Positions 58,094 through 64,000 of a DNA stretch of 64,000 nt are shown here, one piece after another. The position numbers were made by a program, and so were the translations under genes. Where the stretch lies: IMG/VR virus record IMGVR_UViG_3300020508_000005, positions 30,130-94,129 of that record. One strand, written 5' to 3'. Each line of letters opens with the position of its first letter. Positions within the stretch are counted from its first letter, which is position 1. Under the pieces are notes generated by a model that was given only the letters and a program-made list of their open reading frames with translations, made no database searches and had not been told where the DNA came from. The DNA comes from a virus. Its lineage: Duplodnaviria; Caudoviricetes.

Positions 58094-59226
58094 TAGTAGC
58101 CTTTCTTAATACAATCTACGATATACTCTCTGTCTTCTTGAGTTACCCACCACCCACAAGGTATGCAACACATTCTTTGACAAACATAATCTGTATTCGG
58201 TAAAGGAAACTTAAAGTCTTTTAAACATTCATGCTTATCATTCCGATCATGCACTCTGCTTACTCCAATTCCATATTCTTTCATTTTTCTCATAAAATCA
58301 TCTCGACGCTCAACTAGCATAGTCAAAATCCAACTTGCAGAGTAATTGTTGTCTTCCTCTTGCATCAACTCTATGTTACTTAAACCTGTTAATTTTTTCT
58401 TTATATATTTGGAATTATCATGGTGCTTTGTAACAATTTCATCAATATGTTGAAGATTAGACAGACCAATGCTTGCAGCAATGTCATTCATGTGAAATTT
58501 GTAGCCCCATTCAGAAATGTTCTGCTCACATCTGAAATCAGCACTACTTGTTCGATCTAAACCAAACCATCTACGAGATTTAGCTTGGCGATGAATTTTA
58601 TCATCAGGAGATAACAACAAGCCACCATCACCTGTGGTTAAATGCTTGATTGCCTGAAAACTAAACACACAAAAGTTACCACTAGCACCTATCATTTTGT
58701 CTTTGTATTTTGACCCAAATGCATGAGCACAATCTTCAATGATTGGAATAGAATTACAAAACGTTTTTTGTGCTTGTTGCTGTATGTCTTTCAATTCATC
58801 TAAATCTACAGGCAATCCACCCCAGTGAACGATCATAATGGCTAAAGTTCTTTCTGTGATTTTTCTACGGACATCTTGTAAATCGATGTTGCACGTTTTT
58901 TTATCAACATCTGCCCATTTTATTTTTAAACCATTCGCTAAAATAGGAAAGTTTGTTGCCGTGCAAGTAAGAGGAGTTGTGATTATTTCATCTCTGTATG
59001 AGTTCTTGCAATTTCGTTTAATTAAATCAAGCGTCAAATGTATGCCCGAAGTTGCGGAATTTAAAGTATTCACATAAGGGTAACTAAAATAGTTTGATAA
59101 CTCTCTTTCGAAATCATCAACTTTTTGTCCCTGCCCTATGTAGCCGGATTGTAAAACTTCCGCTAGAGGGTTCATAGCTTCTTGAGCCATGAATACTTTG
59201 AATAGAGGTATGTTACGAACGGTCAT
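58093..59226 (-). CDS. DegT/DnrJ PLP-dependent sugar aminotransferase
   Basis: NSATSGIHL, IIEDCAHAFG, FSFQAIKHLTTGDGG, GYKFHMND. Confidence 0.93.
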   Translation of the reverse strand: MTVRNIPLFKVFMAQEAMNPLAEVLQSGYIGQGQKVDDFERELSNYFSYPYVNTLNSATSGIHLTLDLIKRNCKNSYRDEIITTPLTCTATNFPILANGLKIKWADVDKKTCNIDLQDVRRKITERTLAIMIVHWGGLPVDLDELKDIQQQAQKTFCNSIPIIEDCAHAFGSKYKDKMIGASGNFCVFSFQAIKHLTTGDGGLLLSPDDKIHRQAKSRRWFGLDRTSSADFRCEQNISEWGYKFHMNDIAASIGLSNLQHIDEIVTKHHDNSKYIKKKLTGLSNIELMQEEDNNYSASWILTMLVERRDDFMRKMKEYGIGVSRVHDRNDKHECLKDFKFPLPNTDYVCQRMCCIPCGWWVTQEDREYIVDCIKKGY

Positions 59227-59284
59227 AGGAATCTCCTTGACCTTTATTGTAACATATTTGTAAAATACATGCTATAAATTATTC

Positions 59285-59917
59285 TTAAAATAAACCTAGC
59301 TCAGCACCTGCTGGTTTAGGTGGCATAGGCATAGCTGGATTTCCCATGTTTTGATTCATGGGTGGTTGTTCACCCATCATTCCAGACATAGGGGGTCCCG
59401 GTTGTGAAGGGGGCTGCGGGGGCATATTTTGATTGTCTGGTGCTGGGGCGTTAGGGCCTGTCAAATCTTGCTTAGGTGGTTGCGGAGGAACTTTGGCTTT
59501 AGCATTATCTGATTTTGGAAAATCTGAGCCAATATTTTTGTCAAAAAAGTCCGATGGAAAGAGTTTTTCTAGCAAATTGCCAATAGTGGTGTCACTATTA
59601 GATTTGCTGTCCTTCCCAAGCCATGCTTTCACGTCTTGAATTCTTTGTTCAATTTCAGGATCGTTCAGTTTTTGTAATCGATTAAAAATCTGACCGTTTT
59701 CTAAACTTTTAAGAACTGCTTGTTTTCCTTTAAAATTGCTTTGAGCATCGTTGGAATTTGAAGAATAGTTTATATCACTAAAAGATACATTGATTGCATT
59801 TTTGGTATCAATTTTTCCCACTAAAGCGGTAAAAGTATCTTTCCAAATGTCTTGCAATTGTTTTGTTTTATTTGCATCCATAGATGCTTCTTTTAAAATC
59901 CAATTTTTAAATCTCAT
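59285..59917 (-). CDS. Hypothetical protein with Pro/Met-rich tail, possibly virion-internal
   Basis: MRFKNWILKEAS start 8 nt after TAAATA. Confidence 0.6.
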   Translation of the reverse strand: MRFKNWILKEASMDANKTKQLQDIWKDTFTALVGKIDTKNAINVSFSDINYSSNSNDAQSNFKGKQAVLKSLENGQIFNRLQKLNDPEIEQRIQDVKAWLGKDSKSNSDTTIGNLLEKLFPSDFFDKNIGSDFPKSDNAKAKVPPQPPKQDLTGPNAPAPDNQNMPPQPPSQPGPPMSGMMGEQPPMNQNMGNPAMPMPPKPAGAELGLF

Positions 59918-60015
59918 AATGAGTATATTTATCAAAACAGTTTTATTTTCTTCACGATAAACTAAATTAGTAGTTTGCACTTTAGAACTTGAATCAATAA
60001 TAGTAAATAGACTGT

Positions 60016-60804
60016 ATGAGAAAACTAAGATTCCGTCATTTTTTTGAAGCAACTGATATATTTGGATTTGAACCAAAACGTGCAGAGTTTTCTGCCGCAG
60101 GCGGTGATTTATTAGAAAAACCTATAAGGCAATTTAACATTGAGCTTATGATGGATCTTCTTGGCAAAAAGCGTCTTGGCGTATTTGAGGCCAATGTGCC
60201 CTTCTTAAATGAAATTCGCTGGGGAGATCAACCGGGAGCTATTAAGTTAGAAATCGACACAGGCTATACTTTTTATATCAAAAAGTTAGCCATGGATCGA
60301 CAAGGCTCACCAAGATGGGTAACTAAAAGAATGTTTCAATTAAATCGACAAGGATACGGCGGCATGGAAGATGTGGTTGCTCAAGAAATCTTTGAGCATC
60401 TTCAAAAGTATTCAACACAAAATATTGAAACACCAAGTGATTCTTATGATGGTCTTGATGGATTGGTTGGATCAATATACGACAAGATCAAAAGAACTGG
60501 CAAGGCTATTTTTTATCCTGAAGGGGTTCGTAAATTGAATGATGACGCATACATCATAAAATTTGGTGTACGCGGCCAAGGTTTAGAGTCTACTGGCCAC
60601 ACACGAGTTGAACAAAATCAAACCATGGTCACTTATGATCGATCAGCAGGAACAATTAGAGTCACAAATTATAATATCAAATCGCCTGTTGGAAAAAGGG
60701 TAAGTTGGAACATTTACCCAAACGATTTAGACTTATATTTTTTTCCATCTCAAGATCGTGATGAGATTAGTGAGACCATAGCCGTTCATATGAAATACTA
60801 CTAA
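60016..60804 (+). CDS. Hypothetical protein
   Basis: MRKLRFRHFFEA start 6 nt after TAAATA. Confidence 0.65.
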   Translation: MRKLRFRHFFEATDIFGFEPKRAEFSAAGGDLLEKPIRQFNIELMMDLLGKKRLGVFEANVPFLNEIRWGDQPGAIKLEIDTGYTFYIKKLAMDRQGSPRWVTKRMFQLNRQGYGGMEDVVAQEIFEHLQKYSTQNIETPSDSYDGLDGLVGSIYDKIKRTGKAIFYPEGVRKLNDDAYIIKFGVRGQGLESTGHTRVEQNQTMVTYDRSAGTIRVTNYNIKSPVGKRVSWNIYPNDLDLYFFPSQDRDEISETIAVHMKYY

Positions 60805-60817
60805 AGTGTTTTAATTT

Positions 60818-61390
60818 TTATTGATCCGCTGAAGCAAGATAATCATATTCGCTCAGCGATACTAAACCAGAACGCCATGATTTTTCTCTTGTAATTTGTT
60901 TACCTAAAGCTTTTTGAGCATTCCAAACGATCTGTTTGCAATAAGTAGCAAACTTTACATCAATTGATAAAGGAGTTGAAATAGCAGGGCGGTTGTTTTT
61001 TGGGACATATTTTCGCACGAGACGCTCTAAAATCGTTTCTTGAAAATCCCCGAACTTCTGTCTATTTGCACCATGCCTTCTTCTATCAATCCAAAGCTTT
61101 TCTAGTTGTGATACCAAACTTCTGATAAATTTGTCTTTAATATGAACAGACAGAGCCTCAAAGCTAGCTTCAATGAAACATTGCCTCTTATAGTATGACC
61201 CCGCTCTGATTAAAGCAATCCTTAGCTCTTGAACATCATCGTCAGGATCATTAACCATAGAATTCTGTGAGTTTCTCTTTTTAAGCTGCCACGCTGCATA
61301 ATGGCAAAGATTGCCGAACTTCTTATCTAAAACCTCATACTCTTCTGAAGTTATAGGGTACTTGTTAACAATAGTTTCTAATGTTTGCAT
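60818..61390 (-). CDS. Sigma-region-2-like protein
   Basis: DDDVQELRIALIRA and KFATYC.QIVWN. Confidence 0.45.
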   Translation of the reverse strand: MQTLETIVNKYPITSEEYEVLDKKFGNLCHYAAWQLKKRNSQNSMVNDPDDDVQELRIALIRAGSYYKRQCFIEASFEALSVHIKDKFIRSLVSQLEKLWIDRRRHGANRQKFGDFQETILERLVRKYVPKNNRPAISTPLSIDVKFATYCKQIVWNAQKALGKQITREKSWRSGLVSLSEYDYLASADQ

Positions 61391-61405
61391 ATTTTTTCCT
61401 CATGT

Positions 61406-61816
61406 TTAAGCAAATAAAATCCATGGTTTCAATGGAAGTGAATTAAAATGTCTGCATTCAATTATAACAGATTGATGTGAGATAATTTCAGTTAGTATTA
61501 CATCAACTAAACTAAAACTGTGTACAGGCTTTGTGTTATGTTTTCCTTTGTAAACCCAAATGAAACCATCGCATTTTAAATTTTTAGATATCTTGCATGG
61601 CAGAATTCGGCCTTGGTAATGAGGAAAGACAAAATTCTTAAAGTCATCGGCGTTAGACACAACTGAAAGTGAGCGTTCGGAAGAATGTGCTAAAATAGAT
61701 GCTTCTACTTTTCTGCATTGCCCTATAAGTTCAATTTCATAAGTGATTAATGATTTGTCTTTGAAACGTTGTAGCCAAAAATTTGGATATAATTTTTTGT
61801 TATTCAATTTTTCCAC
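61406..61816 (-). CDS. Hypothetical protein
   Basis: Intact ORF overlapping PolA-like gene. Confidence 0.5.
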   Translation of the reverse strand: MEKLNNKKLYPNFWLQRFKDKSLITYEIELIGQCRKVEASILAHSSERSLSVVSNADDFKNFVFPHYQGRILPCKISKNLKCDGFIWVYKGKHNTKPVHSFSLVDVILTEIISHQSVIIECRHFNSLPLKPWILFA

Positions 61817-63135
61817 AAAACTTTCATTTGATCAAGTTTAACACCAAACTTGATTTCAACTTTCATTTTTAAACCGGTGCAAAGCTTGGATTCCGTCTCA
61901 CAAACCTCTTTAACCAGTTTATAACTGTCATGTGCTGATTTAACTTGGCAAACTAAGCCAAATCCATCGTGTACACTAAAAGCCAATCTCAATTTGTCTT
62001 TATCATCCAAAGTATTTAACTTAGAAAATAAATCAATCAATTTCTCTTGGCAAACTGTCGCTGCCACACCTTGTACCGAAAAATTCCTAGCCAAGTAAGT
62101 TTCTTTATCACCAAACGTTCTTGTTCTGCCAAAATAATCTGCAACTTCGCCATTTTTAGCCTCATCTTGTTTGGATGCCATCCAATCCCAAGAAGTTGAA
62201 AACTGAGTTTTAATTCGACTTATAAGCTCAGAAGCAACATTTTGCGAAACTCCAATGTTTTGTGCCAACCCTGATGCACCACAACCATACATTACTGGAA
62301 GAAATATCTTCTTGGATATCCGTCTTTTATTTTCCGAATCACATGTGTCGCCAGTAACAATTTCATAAATTTGATTATGAAGATCAGCACCTGATTCTAA
62401 AATATCTAACAATTTAGGGTCATTAGATAGCCATTGAAGAACTGTAACTTCACAGTGCCTAAAGTCTGAACAGAGAAAGCGTACATTGTAACCGCGAGGC
62501 TTCAAAACAGCTTTAATCTCTGGCCCCATACGATGAGGCAAATAACATTTGGCAAATTTGCTAAGACAATTCATACGACCACTAATTTGACCCTCTATTT
62601 CATAAAAGGGAAATTCAGTTCGTTTGGTTTGTTCATTAAGGAGGGGATACGTTTCAATTACAGGCAGGACTCTCAATGAGAGCGGTAAATGAATGGTTTT
62701 ATAAATCTGCTGCCAAGATTTTGCCTTAACAGCCAACTTAACTCTATTTATGACTTCCAAAAAATTTTCAGGAGCGGGTTTTCTAATGTTTAGAAAATTC
62801 TCTATGAGCTTCAAATCAACGATACTAGTAGTAGGAGAAATAAATTTTTGCGTCAAAAAATAAAAATATGAGCACAAAGATTTGAAATTCCAAACATATA
62901 AACGTTCACATAAATCTTTGTCGAAAATAGTAGCATCCAATATTCCCATAAGATGAATAATTTTATCAGATGGCACTTCAAAAAAGACTTCGGAATCAGA
63001 ACCAATCAAACGAACGCCAAATGGAGCGAGAACAGTAAAATCAGGGACATCAGGCTCAATTTTTAAATAAATGGCCCTATTTGTCGAAAGCAAATCAGAT
63101 ATGGTTCGGGAAACTTCATGCAAGTCCATGGACAA
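61804..63135 (-). CDS. Family A DNA polymerase-like protein (polymerase domain only recognisable)
   Basis: SGRM, motif A SDFRHCE, DLH, motif B RRISKKIFLPVMYG, FGRTR, NFSVQG.AA, motif C VHDG. Confidence 0.8.
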   Translation of the reverse strand: MSMDLHEVSRTISDLLSTNRAIYLKIEPDVPDFTVLAPFGVRLIGSDSEVFFEVPSDKIIHLMGILDATIFDKDLCERLYVWNFKSLCSYFYFLTQKFISPTTSIVDLKLIENFLNIRKPAPENFLEVINRVKLAVKAKSWQQIYKTIHLPLSLRVLPVIETYPLLNEQTKRTEFPFYEIEGQISGRMNCLSKFAKCYLPHRMGPEIKAVLKPRGYNVRFLCSDFRHCEVTVLQWLSNDPKLLDILESGADLHNQIYEIVTGDTCDSENKRRISKKIFLPVMYGCGASGLAQNIGVSQNVASELISRIKTQFSTSWDWMASKQDEAKNGEVADYFGRTRTFGDKETYLARNFSVQGVAATVCQEKLIDLFSKLNTLDDKDKLRLAFSVHDGFGLVCQVKSAHDSYKLVKEVCETESKLCTGLKMKVEIKFGVKLDQMKVLWKN

Positions 63136-63803
63136 ATCATAGGATAAATTAAAAGAAAAATCAAGTAGGCAGAAGCTATTAATTTCGCATAGCTATAACG
63201 GTGGCCTTGGTTGTGATTATAGTAAAAGAAAATAAATAGAAACTAAAAATACCTAAAGATTTAGGCTCAAAAGTTTCTAAAATCTTGCTTTTTTCCGGCA
63301 GATCAAAAAATGATGCTGTGGAACTACCATAATCGCAATTTCTACGATTTATTGACGATAATTTCTATGTACTTTTGCCTACTAACCAATACTCTGGCCT
63401 AACCCCCACCCAGTTGCGTAAAGCATTTAGGCACCAAGGCATTCGGTGGGATTTAGAGTGATTGGCTTACCTCGGCCCAAGGAGGAGGGCTTTAGATGTC
63501 CGTCAACATCTGCCCGGTTCCGGTAAGACTCACCCGGCTCCTATGGTTTTGGCCCTTAGTTCCTCGGGTAATTATCTTAACCCGATGGTTTTCTAAGGAG
63601 GGAATAAGGTCCCTATCCATGTAGTTTGTTGGTATTCATCTATGAATTTTAGCGTATTTGTCTTAAAAAATCAATCGGTTATTCCTTCTAATCTTAAAAA
63701 ATTTTTTACATTTTTCTATGGCTTTTCCCGATCTTTATAACTAAGATTGGTTTCTTGACCTAATACGGTTAGATATCGAGTTGAATGCTTTCTGAGGTGC
63801 ATT

Positions 63804-64000
63804 TTGGAGTACAAAAAATTGGGATTGGAAACGATTCTTGAGTACAATATGACCGTCGATGAAGGCGAAGTCTTTCACATTGCTTTAATTTATGAGCAGG
63901 AGTTTCGCCGTCTATTCTTAGACAATATTGATGGTCAAGCTATTCGCCGCAATTCACTCCCTTTGCGTAGTGATCCGAGGAAATCAAGCCTATTTAGATA
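63804..64000 (+). CDS. Hypothetical protein, 3'-truncated by window edge
   Basis: GAGGTG RBS, TTG start, open frame to end (..DPRKSSLFR). Confidence 0.5.
   Translation, partial: MEYKKLGLETILEYNMTVDEGEVFHIALIYEQEFRRLFLDNIDGQAIRRNSLPLRSDPRKSSLFR

Noticed and set aside
836-59226. Bacterial chromosome or prophage origin because of pyrG, nadE, map
   Set aside because: Metabolic genes are interleaved with T4-like structural, late-sigma and recombination genes; no integrase or host operon context.
1-64000. Genome-wide TAG recoding (code 15) suggested by tRNA(CUA)
   Set aside because: Conserved genes are full-length in code 11 and TAG occurs at natural C-termini; no TAG-fragmented genes seen in this window.

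Overview
This 64 kb AT-rich window comes from a large T4-like (jumbo) myovirus genome read with the standard genetic code. The host may be a planctomycete, on weak evidence from one gene. It contains: (i) a 5'-truncated Thg1-like gene, an amber-suppressor tRNA(CUA) and a complete Preiss-Handler NAD operon (pncB-nadE-nadD); (ii) a neck/tail module with gp13, gp14 and gp15-like genes, tail sheath, four tail-tube paralogs, a gp55-like late sigma, and a gp26-like chaperone with a probable -1 frameshift; (iii) nucleotide metabolism and recombination genes (pyrG, class II RNR, gp46/gp47, resolvase, UvsW-like helicase, PolA-like); (iv) a tRNA operon of only Ser/Leu/Phe/Tyr tRNAs with interspersed non-canonical structured RNAs; (v) many accessory genes (map, M16 peptidase, ADP-ribosylglycohydrolase, PncC, PNKP, DegT+GNAT, ACP-like). 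The standout is an unannotated 19-codon leader peptide (MKTLFSSYLLSLSLLSQGT, 40357-40416) in a classical 1:2/2:3/3:4 attenuator directly upstream of the tRNA operon. Its 13 consecutive control codons match the anticodon set of the downstream tRNAs, suggesting a ribosome-stalling sensor that switches on phage tRNAs when the matching host tRNAs fail. All calls come from reading motifs and base-pairing by eye; no searches or folding programs were run.
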